Part shown: piece by piece, positions 30,089 through 39,316 of the stretch
Layout: the number at the start of each line of letters is the position of its first letter
Numbering within the stretch: position 1 is the first letter of the stretch
Source of the DNA: Promethearchaeota archaeon
GTDB lineage: Archaea > Asgardarchaeota > Lokiarchaeia > Sigyniarchaeales > SOKP01
Reading direction: 5' to 3'
DNA length: 40,148 nt
NCBI GenBank assembly: GCA_016926735.1
Contig: JAFGOA010000107.1
Location: 1-40,148, forward strand
Notes under the pieces: generated by a model
The model's database searches: none
Seen by the model: the letters and a program-made list of their open reading frames with translations, nothing else
Told to the model about the DNA's origin: nothing
Translations under genes and position numbers: made by a program

Positions 30089-30576
30089 AAATATTATTTG
30101 ATACTTCTTATCTTCTTCCTTTTATTAAAATTAAAATAGAATCTATATCTGACGATATTCTTCTAAATCTTCTCAATAATAAATCTAATGAATATTATTA
30201 CTCTGATTTATCATTATTTGAATTGACTGCAAAAGCTTTTAAGTTAATAGTAGATAATAATCAAATCAATTCACAAGATTTAATGATAGGAATAGATGCT
30301 ATACAAAATGATTCAAGATTACAATGTATTACATATATATATAATCCATTAATTATTGAATTAGCTATAGAATTCAAAAGAATTTACAATGATACTATTG
30401 ATTGTATTATTTTTGCATCAGCAATATGTAATTGTGATTGTATCATAACAATGGATCTCATATTTTATGAAAATATTAAAAATAATGATACCTTATTAGA
30501 AAAAATTCAATCAATTAATAAGAATTTTAAATTTTGGTTTAATGATCTTGTTAATTCCCAAGAATCTATAAATTAA
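30085..30576 (+). CDS. vapC: PIN-domain VapC toxin
   Basis: ILFDTSYL, SLFE, D.IDCII.ASA, IITMD. Confidence 0.85.
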   Translation: MKILFDTSYLLPFIKIKIESISDDILLNLLNNKSNEYYYSDLSLFELTAKAFKLIVDNNQINSQDLMIGIDAIQNDSRLQCITYIYNPLIIELAIEFKRIYNDTIDCIIFASAICNCDCIITMDLIFYENIKNNDTLLEKIQSINKNFKFWFNDLVNSQESIN

Positions 30577-30613
30577 TATTGCTGTAAATAATATATTTCT
30601 ATATATCTATCAA

Positions 30614-30626
30614 CGTGAAACAGTTA
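30614..30626 (+). repeat. Boundary site type B
   Basis: CGTGAAACAGTTA. Confidence 0.85.
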
Positions 30627-30730
30627 TCATAATAAAAATATAATATATTTTGTCTAAAATTAGTCTAAATTCTATTTAAATAATAAGATTTACATAATAA
30701 TCTTAAAATATATCCTTAAAAGAGAATTTA

Positions 30731-30964
30731 ATAACAATTTTTATCAAAATAAAAGATGGGTCCGAATTTAAAATAGATTGTGATGAGATTAAAAGAGTAA
30801 TTAATAATAAAAAATATTTAGAGATTATGTTTAAAAAAGAGATGATTAAATTTGAAAAGGATCAGTTGGATTCTTTTGAAATTACATTTCCAAAAGATAT
30901 TAAAAATAGTGACCCTAATGCATATGAAACTCGTTTAATAGTAATTCTTTCGAATATAATTTAA
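30731..30964 (+). CDS. About 77-aa hypothetical protein, possible ATA start
   Basis: Open frame 30707-30964 (ITIFIKIKDGSEFKIDCDEIK...) filling the gap between two repeat sites. Confidence 0.45.
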   Translation: MTIFIKIKDGSEFKIDCDEIKRVINNKKYLEIMFKKEMIKFEKDQLDSFEITFPKDIKNSDPNAYETRLIVILSNII

Positions 30965-31002
30965 GATATTGAAATATTATTTTTATAACTTAGATATATC
31001 AT

Positions 31003-31016
31003 CGTGAAATAACTGA
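31003..31016 (+). repeat. Boundary site type A
   Basis: Exact CGTGAAATAACTGA. Confidence 0.9.
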
Positions 31017-31126
31017 GAACTACGGAAATACATCTTAAACTATATTAAAATCTCTATATCTAATAAAATAAGTTGTATAAATGATAATTATTAGGATTTA
31101 GTAAAAAAAAAAAGAATTTAATAAAA

Positions 31127-31285
31127 TTATTCTTCATATATTATAGTAAATCTTATACCTCTTGCTCCAGCTGATGATTGAGCTATTCGAATTTTATCAA
31201 TCACAAGATTAGATCCTTGAAAAAAGGAGTTTAATTCTCGTTGAACATCATCTTTAAAGCCTTTAAATATTATCGCTTTTAGCAT
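31127..31285 (-). CDS. 52-aa protein, loosely Cse60/DUF2758-like
   Basis: AAGGTGA SD; MLKAIIFKGFKDDVQRELNSFF...IIYEE. Confidence 0.65.
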   Translation of the reverse strand: MLKAIIFKGFKDDVQRELNSFFQGSNLVIDKIRIAQSSAGARGIRFTIIYEE

Positions 31286-31371
31286 TATTTATATCACCTT
31301 TTAGAATATTTCTTCATATATTTGCATTTATATAATTATTATTTAAAATATATTCGAAAAAATTCTATTGA

Positions 31372-31437
31372 TATATAAAAGTTTGAGGTGTAGTTTTCAA
31401 ACTATTTTTTTCTTCCATCAAATACGTGAAGCAGTTA
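31372..31437 (+). repeat. About 65-bp direct repeat, copy 1, ending in a type B site
   Basis: Near-identical to 38915-38979; CGTGAAGCAGTTA at 31425 overlaps the DUF5615 stop codon. Confidence 0.9.
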
Positions 31438-31794
31438 TTCATTTAAAATATCTTTTCTAATTCTTATTTGATTAATTTCTACTATCAAGATTTTACCAAT
31501 AACTTTATTTAATTTAAAACTTTCCATAAATTCTTTAAAAAGAGATTTTACTGCATTTTTACCTTGACCTTTAGGTCGAAGAATTATAATTCCATAAAAA
31601 TTATCATTGATATTCGCAAAATCATAATCGAGAGTAATTAATATTCTATTTTCTTTAAAGCAAATTTGATTTAAAGATTTATCATCAATTCCTGTGATAT
31701 TTTCATGATAAACAGAATCTACTTGATGTTCTTCTATTTCTTCAATAACTTTTTTAAGAATCCAAGGAGTATTTTCATCTAATTTAAATTTCAC
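31435..31794 (-). CDS. DUF5615 PIN-like toxin
   Basis: MKFKLDEN, RILITLDYDF; paired with DUF433. Confidence 0.85.
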   Translation of the reverse strand: MKFKLDENTPWILKKVIEEIEEHQVDSVYHENITGIDDKSLNQICFKENRILITLDYDFANINDNFYGIIILRPKGQGKNAVKSLFKEFMESFKLNKVIGKILIVEINQIRIRKDILNE

Positions 31795-32044
31795 TTTGTT
31801 GCTCCTGAACTTTTGTTATTGATATAATTTCTTCTCTTGCTAATACAGCACCATATTGAAGGGCAATTTGGATATGTTCTTTTTTTAAACTTGGGTAATT
31901 TTCAAGTATTTCTCCTTCATTCATTCCTTCAGCTAAACAGTCCAAGATAACTGAAACCATTACCCTTGTTCCTTTAATATGTGCCTTTCCATGACAAATA
32001 TTTGGATTGAAGGAGATATATTCTTTCCAATTTAATTGAACCAT
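31784..32044 (-). CDS. DUF433 antitoxin
   Basis: PNICHGKAHIKGTRV.V..IL..LAEG....EIL..YPSL. Confidence 0.9.
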   Translation of the reverse strand: MVQLNWKEYISFNPNICHGKAHIKGTRVMVSVILDCLAEGMNEGEILENYPSLKKEHIQIALQYGAVLAREEIISITKVQEQQSEI

Positions 32045-32121
32045 GATTATTATATAGAAATAAATGTAAATTAATTTTTAGTTTTTTCAAAATACCATTA
32101 AATGATATTATAGATAATCAT

Positions 32122-32135
32122 CGTGAAATAACTGA
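32122..32135 (+). repeat. Boundary site type A
   Basis: Exact CGTGAAATAACTGA. Confidence 0.9.
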
Positions 32136-32243
32136 ATTATATATACTGGAAATTTAAGAAAAATAGAGAGAAGAAAACTTATTTTAAATTGTGATTTTTT
32201 TTTTTGAAACTAAAGGATGATATCTGGATTATTATTCATTATA

Positions 32244-32726
32244 TCATTGTTCATTTTTCACAATTTTATCAAGCTTATGTTTAATTACAAAATCAATTAA
32301 GAATTTTTCTATATCTTCAGGACCATCACAGAAAAGTTCACTAGAGTCATTCATTATTTTTTTTTGCATCTGTGTTAATTGTCGTAATTGTTCTTGACGT
32401 TTTTTTCTATTTTCATTTGGACCAGTTTCTCCAAAAAATCGATTTATTTCTTCCATCATTTTAGTTAAAGTTTTTGATCCAACAATTTTTAAATATTCAG
32501 GAATTAGAAAGGCTGAATTTCCGGTAGAATTCCAATAATATTGTTCTAATCCTCCGTTTCCAACTTCATAAGAGAATATCATTAGATCGACAAATATTTT
32601 TTCTTCTTGTGAAAAATTATCCCATGCAATCATTTCTTCTTTTTTCATCATTTTCATATACAACTTATCAAGATTCACCATAATTGTAAATAAGAAGAAA
32701 TTATTTATTTTTCCTTTGATAAGCAT
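32244..32726 (-). CDS. DUF4375/DMP19-family protein
   Basis: EVGNGGLEQYYWNSTG motif; true start may be a downstream Met. Confidence 0.75.
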   Translation of the reverse strand: MLIKGKINNFFLFTIMVNLDKLYMKMMKKEEMIAWDNFSQEEKIFVDLMIFSYEVGNGGLEQYYWNSTGNSAFLIPEYLKIVGSKTLTKMMEEINRFFGETGPNENRKKRQEQLRQLTQMQKKIMNDSSELFCDGPEDIEKFLIDFVIKHKLDKIVKNEQ

Positions 32727-32773
32727 TATTTTACAGATTATAAAAATATAAAAATAAAAAAAAGATTGATATG

Positions 32774-35700
32774 TTATAATTCCGCAGGAAATTTATCAAT
32801 TAATCCCACATAATATTGAGCAATAAATAGAGAATCTAATGTATTTATCAGTCCATCACCATTAACGTCTGCAGCTTCAGGAAAGAAGCCCTCTGGATTC
32901 AATCCTACAAAATATTGAGTTGTGAGTGTGGCATCTAAGGCATTAATTAATCCATCATTATTTACATCACCAAGGGTGATATTAGGATGAACGATTACAT
33001 GACTGTTTATACCAACAGGATTATCTATAGTATCTGTCATTTCATTTGCTAAAGTTAGTATATCTATTGCTAACACACATTCACCTACTCCAATCGTCTC
33101 CCAGGTTATGATGAGAAAATCTAAATTTGGACTTGGAAATGGACCTAATGCATCAAATCCACTCACTCGAGCTACTCCTTCTGAATTATTGATATCAATA
33201 GAACTTATAAATCCATCAGGTCCAGCAATAATATCTACTATCCTTAGTATAGTAGGATTAAAAGTAAATTCAAATCCATATGCAGCAACTCTATGACGTC
33301 CTGAATCTATATATACATGAGTATCAAAGATATCTCCTACTTTTTTATCTGCTACAGAACTGATGCTCACATTTCTCATGGGAATAGGAGTTGTTTTTAC
33401 ATGGCTATTTATGATATAAGTAGTCTCTATAGGTTCTCCAGAATCGTCTATTAAAGAAATTTTATCAAAAGTTATTGCACTTTCACCTACTCCAATTGCT
33501 TTCCAAGATATTGAGAAAAGGAACAGGTTTAAACCAGGGTCTATCCATGACTCAGTATATCCAGCTACTTTTATCCATCCTTCTGAATCATGTTTCTCCA
33601 CAGATGTTATAAATCCAGCTTGTGCACTATAAAAATTCGTTGGAACAACGATATTGGGATCAAAAGTAATGTTAAAATAATATCCAGTTAATTTCTGACT
33701 TCTTGAATCGACATTAACACTTGTAGAGAATGTATCTCCCACATACTTATCCGTAACAGAACTTATCCTGACATCACCATGTACTGTTATATTGCAATTT
33801 ATACCATTAGGAGTACCTATAGTATTTGTGGAAATATCTGCTAAAGTTATTATATCTATTTCAACCATACTTTTCCCTACAGAAATTGCCTTCCATGAGA
33901 TTGTTAGAAAGTCTAAGATTGCACTTGGAAATGGGCCTAATGCATCAAATCCACTCACTCGAGCTACTCCTTCTGAATTATCAATATCAATAGAACTTAT
34001 AAATCCATCTGGTCCAGCAGTAATATCTACTATCCTCAAGATTTTAGGATTAAAATGAAATTCAAATCTATATGCTCCAACTCTCTGAAGTCCTGAATCT
34101 ATATACACATGAGTATCAAATATATCTCCCACAAGCTTATCCGTAGTAGACCCTATCATCACACTTCCAGGTGTCCCCATAATTGGATTAGAATTGATAT
34201 GGATATTATTATCCTCATTAATCTCCAATACATCATTGTAGCAGTCTACATGACACATTAATTTATAGTATCCAGAGGGTAAGGTTATTGTCCCATTACA
34301 GTTTATAGATTTTATTTCGTTATGGTTTAATCCATCAATATAACATGTACCGAGCTCATAAACTTCCTCATTACTTACCGCAGTATATTTGACATAAAAT
34401 CCATTTGCAGTTCCATATCCAAAATTACCGATATTAGCCCATAGATCATAAGAAAAACTGATTTCATCACTTCCAGAGAAAACATTACTAAAATCACATA
34501 AAATATCATCTATAGAATAAAAGTCCGGCAAGTATTTTTGTTTGGTAAGATTTAAAGGATAATACATGATATTATTGTCTTCATTTAGTTCAATAACTCG
34601 ATCATGATAATCTATAACACACATTATTTCATACTCTCCAAATGGTAATGTAATTCGCCCTTCTTCAGTCGAAGATTTTATCTCAAATTTATCTAATCCA
34701 TTAAAACAATCATCCCCCAGATAATATGTATTATCACCTTTAACTGCAATAAAATCAATAGAAAATAGTTCATTAGTTGAAAACCCAAAATTAGAGATGA
34801 TCGTTGATATCTTATAAGTGAAACTTATCTCATCTCCTTCTTCCAAGAAAATATCACTTAATTCACAATCAAGTCTCAAAGGAATAAAGTTTGGTGCATA
34901 TTCTTCTCTCAAAAGTATTACATGATTATTGTTAGTATGGACATTATTATTTTCATTCGATTCAGTTACCTCATTAGCATAATCTATAGTACATATTAAT
35001 TCATATTCCCCAAATGGAACGGTTCTATAGCATCCTCTTATATTATTAATATATTTTACTTCATTTTGGTCCAATCCCCCCACATAACCATAACCTCCTA
35101 GACTATAAACACCTTCATCACTTTTCAAATCATATTGAATCCAAAAGTCTTCTGAAGTTTCACATCCATAATTTTTAACATAAGATGAGATATTATAAGA
35201 GAATTCTATTTCACCATCAATTGTTATACTTGTATCACTTATTATAAGTTCAACATCACTGTAAGGCATAATATCCGGTAGCAAAATATCTTCGGAAACT
35301 ACAAAAGGATAAGAATCACAATAATAATTATTATCATCATCCACTTCATTAATGCTATTATCATAATCTACAGAACAAGCTATTTCATATTGCCCAAATG
35401 GTAAGGTTATTTGTCCTCGACAAGTTGCTAATTTTAGTTCATTAGGATTTAAACCCTCCATATAATATTCTCCTAATACATATATACTATCACTAGTTTT
35501 TATTTCTCCTAATTCATATGGACTTTCACTACTTTTTACTTCTCCTAATTCATATGAACTTTCAATACTTTTTGCTAGATATCGAATATAAAATCCCTCT
35601 GAAGTACCTACCAGTCCTTTATTAAATATCTCAGAGGATATCTCATAATCAAATGTTAATTCATTATCTCTAAAGATAATATTACTTTTTGTAATTTCAA

Positions 35701-38700
35701 TATCATGTGAAATAAGATCTGGAGAAAAATACTCCTCTCTAAGAATTAAAGGATTAGGATTGGTGTGAATATTATTAACCTCCGTCATTTCATACACTTC
35801 ATTATAACAATCTATAGACTGCCCTAATTTATATTCCCCTAATGGTAAGGTTTTTTTTCCTTCACACACTATATTTTTCTGTTTACCACGGTTTAACCCA
35901 TTTATATAGCAGATTCCTAGATCATAAGTTGTATCATTGCTTATTGCTGTATATTGAACAGAAAAACCTGCTGCATCTCTTCCTCCTTGATTATAAACAC
36001 TAGACGATAAACGATAAGAAAACGATACATTATCACCTTCAATAAGAACTTCGCTTAGAGCAATTTCAACTTCATTATTGTTAGATAAAAATGTTAAATC
36101 GACTGGTTCAGATTCTTGTATAATTACAGCAGTAGGATCTCCAAAAAGATTTAAACACGCGCACGCGTGTTCCATGCTTGGATCACCCACTAACCAATTT
36201 GGTTTTTGAAGTATAAAATCCTTTTTTGCATCTAGCAATGCTTTACCAATTTTAAGTATACCCTCTCCAAATTGAGCATCATAAAATTCACGTCTCAAAA
36301 GACAACTCGCAAAATTTGTATTTTCTCCATTATATTCTACCATACCTGTGCTTCCAATAACAGCAAATGCTGCATTTGGAGAAGATAAATATCTACCTCC
36401 AATAGAATATCCCGGATAAGCAAAAACATCACATCCATCAGTATAGAGAAAAAAAGGTTTAGAATTTGCTAGACGATCTATATCATCAGGATATAATAAT
36501 CTCATATTGTACCACCTATTACTATGACCTACATGAGTTATAATATGAATATTATTATTTATTATAGGTATGAGATCTTCTTTATTCCACATAGATTCTC
36601 GATCATAAAGAGTTGTTATATTGTAATATTGATCAAATTGCCGTGTAGTGTAACCATGACTAAGACAAAAACCATTTGTTTCATTATTATAAATTAATTC
36701 ATCTAATTCATAACTACCCCAATATGGGATGCCCTCAAAAGTACCCCCATATTCACCTACTATTAAAACACTATATAAATAATCATCATCTCTACTTTCC
36801 ATTTCCAACTCATGGAGAATTGTTTTTCTTATGAAGTTTGAAAGCTCCTCTTCTGTATCAACAGGAGCTCTTCCTACTGCGACTTCTGTGTAACTATCAT
36901 GGGTAAAAAAAAATCTCCAATTGTCTCTATCGTCTTTAAATTCACCATAGTTCCCATCATAATCAGCATCCCAAGAACCATCTAAGTAAGCGTAATATAG
37001 ATCCGTATAAGTAAATACTTCATCTATGTAAAACATCCTCATAGGTACCTCATTTTCATCCCCTATTATAAAGACATACTCGGTACACCAAGAATAATAG
37101 GCATCTTTTATAAACTCTCTTATTTTTTCTTCTTCGTCCCTAAAATATTTATATTCTGCGTAAATTTCCTCAATAGTTATAATTATAGGATTATATCCTT
37201 GAAAAGATTTATACTCAATTAAATCTTGTAAAGTATATGGTCCATTGGAATATTTTAAGAATTTATTAGTAATAATTACATAGTCATGTGGCCCTTGATC
37301 TTTATCAAAAATACTCTGTTGTGGTCTAATAATTACCATTGGATCTCCAAACACTTCATAACCTAAAAAATCTTCAACAAGACGATAAGAAGTATCATAT
37401 GATTTTAAGACATCATATTTTGCGTCGGTTAATGCCCTACTAATCTCATCTATACCCTCTCCGAATATAGCATCATAGAATTCACGATATAACTTCTGCC
37501 CTGGAATATCTGTAGGATCATCTGGCGTATAAGTAGGAAAACTCCATGCATATTCTGAAGTTCCAATTGCAGCAAATGCTCCATTTGGAGAAGTTATTAG
37601 ACGCTCTCCTATAGAATCATATGTAAAATGGAATCCATTAGCATTGTGAATATAATTCTGGTCAATCTCATCAGCATAATTAAAGGCATAACTTTGATAG
37701 CTATATAGAAAGAATGGTTTCTTGACGTTTATATATGGAATATCATTTATATTCAGTTTCATCATATTATCATGTAGGCTATTAAGTTCATCTTCCCAAT
37801 AAACATAACCTGGTCCATATCCATCTTCAGTCGCAGTACAAAATGACGTCTCTGGACGTCCAAAATGATTTAGTATATGCACCCCATTGTTGCTCTCAAT
37901 AATATCTAATAAAGCATATGGAGTCCACGTTTTAACATAGGGATAATTGTAATTTGAGCGTTCATAAAGAGTCTTAAAGGTATACTCATTAGAAATCTTC
38001 CTTGTTTGATACCCATTAGCAGAACAATACTCATATCCATTATACATATATAATTGGTCCAAATAATCACCACCGTATACTGCTATTGGATCACCAGGAT
38101 CAGAACCCGGATCTAGTTGGTATCCATAAAATTCACCTACCATCAAACCATTATATAGATAATTAGTATTGTAATTTCTTAATTCTTGTTCATGAGCGAG
38201 GGTTTTTCTCACGAAATTTGAAACCTCCACTACTGAACCAACAGGGGCTCTCCCAAGATAGACATCAGCATGATAACCCCAAATCGCTTGGTTCCGTAGT
38301 ATCTCCCAATCCTCTACCTCACCATATACACGATTATTATTATCATCCCAATCATTATTTATAGTTGCATAATATTGATCTGAATAATAAGTTACATCAT
38401 CTGGACCCCATTCTTGCCCTGGTGGAGGGTCACCTCCTGAACAAAAATACCTTGGAGGGATAATATTTGAATCTCCTCCTAAAAGTACATATTGAAGGCC
38501 CCAACCAAAATACTTATCTACTATAAATGCTCGTATTTTTTCTGCATAATCTCTCCCATCATAACGGGAATATATCTCTTCAACAGTCACTATTGTTGCG
38601 CTAATACCTTGTGCAATTTTACTGTCAATAAGAGTATGAAATGAATATGCTCCATTATAATCTTTTAGGTCCTTATTAGTAATAATAGCATATGTAAAAA

Positions 38701-38851
38701 GTTGAAGGGGATCATCAAAAGAAAATATTTTAGGCTCTTTAAAAATTACTTTATCTTGTCCATTAGGAATAACCATCTCTAATAAAAACGCCGAGGAAGA
38801 TATAACTAAAAAAAAAGTTAAAAATATTCCAATCTTTGTTTGTTTTTTCAT
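32774..38851 (-). CDS. Secreted or anchored protein: two peptidase C25 (gingipain) domains, four CARDB-like repeats, three cohesins, one dockerin
   Basis: N-terminal hydrophobic helix; YVLLGGD/GRAPV/FGDP motifs twice; D..N.V.E.NE.NN repeats; cohesin repeats; GDVNNDG.IN.LDA...ADVNGDG dockerin. Confidence 0.85.
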   Translation of the reverse strand: MKKQTKIGIFLTFFLVISSSAFLLEMVIPNGQDKVIFKEPKIFSFDDPLQLFTYAIITNKDLKDYNGAYSFHTLIDSKIAQGISATIVTVEEIYSRYDGRDYAEKIRAFIVDKYFGWGLQYVLLGGDSNIIPPRYFCSGGDPPPGQEWGPDDVTYYSDQYYATINNDWDDNNNRVYGEVEDWEILRNQAIWGYHADVYLGRAPVGSVVEVSNFVRKTLAHEQELRNYNTNYLYNGLMVGEFYGYQLDPGSDPGDPIAVYGGDYLDQLYMYNGYEYCSANGYQTRKISNEYTFKTLYERSNYNYPYVKTWTPYALLDIIESNNGVHILNHFGRPETSFCTATEDGYGPGYVYWEDELNSLHDNMMKLNINDIPYINVKKPFFLYSYQSYAFNYADEIDQNYIHNANGFHFTYDSIGERLITSPNGAFAAIGTSEYAWSFPTYTPDDPTDIPGQKLYREFYDAIFGEGIDEISRALTDAKYDVLKSYDTSYRLVEDFLGYEVFGDPMVIIRPQQSIFDKDQGPHDYVIITNKFLKYSNGPYTLQDLIEYKSFQGYNPIIITIEEIYAEYKYFRDEEEKIREFIKDAYYSWCTEYVFIIGDENEVPMRMFYIDEVFTYTDLYYAYLDGSWDADYDGNYGEFKDDRDNWRFFFTHDSYTEVAVGRAPVDTEEELSNFIRKTILHELEMESRDDDYLYSVLIVGEYGGTFEGIPYWGSYELDELIYNNETNGFCLSHGYTTRQFDQYYNITTLYDRESMWNKEDLIPIINNNIHIITHVGHSNRWYNMRLLYPDDIDRLANSKPFFLYTDGCDVFAYPGYSIGGRYLSSPNAAFAVIGSTGMVEYNGENTNFASCLLRREFYDAQFGEGILKIGKALLDAKKDFILQKPNWLVGDPSMEHACACLNLFGDPTAVIIQESEPVDLTFLSNNNEVEIALSEVLIEGDNVSFSYRLSSSVYNQGGRDAAGFSVQYTAISNDTTYDLGICYINGLNRGKQKNIVCEGKKTLPLGEYKLGQSIDCYNEVYEMTEVNNIHTNPNPLILREEYFSPDLISHDIEITKSNIIFRDNELTFDYEISSEIFNKGLVGTSEGFYIRYLAKSIESSYELGEVKSSESPYELGEIKTSDSIYVLGEYYMEGLNPNELKLATCRGQITLPFGQYEIACSVDYDNSINEVDDDNNYYCDSYPFVVSEDILLPDIMPYSDVELIISDTSITIDGEIEFSYNISSYVKNYGCETSEDFWIQYDLKSDEGVYSLGGYGYVGGLDQNEVKYINNIRGCYRTVPFGEYELICTIDYANEVTESNENNNVHTNNNHVILLREEYAPNFIPLRLDCELSDIFLEEGDEISFTYKISTIISNFGFSTNELFSIDFIAVKGDNTYYLGDDCFNGLDKFEIKSSTEEGRITLPFGEYEIMCVIDYHDRVIELNEDNNIMYYPLNLTKQKYLPDFYSIDDILCDFSNVFSGSDEISFSYDLWANIGNFGYGTANGFYVKYTAVSNEEVYELGTCYIDGLNHNEIKSINCNGTITLPSGYYKLMCHVDCYNDVLEINEDNNIHINSNPIMGTPGSVMIGSTTDKLVGDIFDTHVYIDSGLQRVGAYRFEFHFNPKILRIVDITAGPDGFISSIDIDNSEGVARVSGFDALGPFPSAILDFLTISWKAISVGKSMVEIDIITLADISTNTIGTPNGINCNITVHGDVRISSVTDKYVGDTFSTSVNVDSRSQKLTGYYFNITFDPNIVVPTNFYSAQAGFITSVEKHDSEGWIKVAGYTESWIDPGLNLFLFSISWKAIGVGESAITFDKISLIDDSGEPIETTYIINSHVKTTPIPMRNVSISSVADKKVGDIFDTHVYIDSGRHRVAAYGFEFTFNPTILRIVDIIAGPDGFISSIDINNSEGVARVSGFDALGPFPSPNLDFLIITWETIGVGECVLAIDILTLANEMTDTIDNPVGINSHVIVHPNITLGDVNNDGLINALDATLTTQYFVGLNPEGFFPEAADVNGDGLINTLDSLFIAQYYVGLIDKFPAEL

Positions 38852-38914
38852 TTTTTTAATTTTTAATATTGAATTATTAGATATATACAAAATTAATTAT
38901 AGGAATATTTTCAC

Positions 38915-38979
38915 TATATAAAGTGTTGAGGTGTAGTTTTCGAACTATTTTTTCTTCCATCAAATACGTGAAACAGTTG
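38915..38979 (+). repeat. About 65-bp direct repeat, copy 2, ending in a type B site
   Basis: CGTGAAACAGTTG at 38967. Confidence 0.9.
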
Positions 38980-39004
38980 CTTTAATTTTTATCATTATTC
39001 ACCT

Positions 39005-39235
39005 CTAAAATAATGTATATTGAGCAAAGTGTATTTGATCTCTTAATTCAATTTGGAAATGTCCTTCAATTCCCCAAAAAACTTCATCTGTATCTGGATG
39101 TTTGTGGAAATTATTTTTTCTTTTCAATTTAACAAGTTTAAAATAATAATCATTCATTTGAGCAAAAATCTTTAAAGAATTTAATTTTTTAATTAAATTT
39201 GCTTTCTCTTTGATATTAATAATTTTAACATCCAT
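39005..39235 (-). pseudogene. Truncated cupin-domain protein
   Basis: QMNDY.FKLVK....FHKHPDTDEVF..IEG...IELRD, stops before the second cupin motif. Confidence 0.7.
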
Positions 39236-39316
39236 ATTAATTCATAATTGGAAATATTATTTGTACTAATAATATCAGAAAAAAAAAATTTTATAATAAT
39301 TTTTGAAAATTTTACA

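Noticed and set aside
21572-32135. CRISPR array interpretation of the repeated 14-mer
   Set aside because: Intervals are 0.3-1.8 kb and contain genes; the repeat is too short and no cas genes are present.
21572-38979. Canonical integron attC sites
   Set aside because: I could not find paired RYYYAAC/GTTRRRY boxes with long imperfect hairpins; of the main copies only 27414 fits GTTRRRY, and no intI is in the window.
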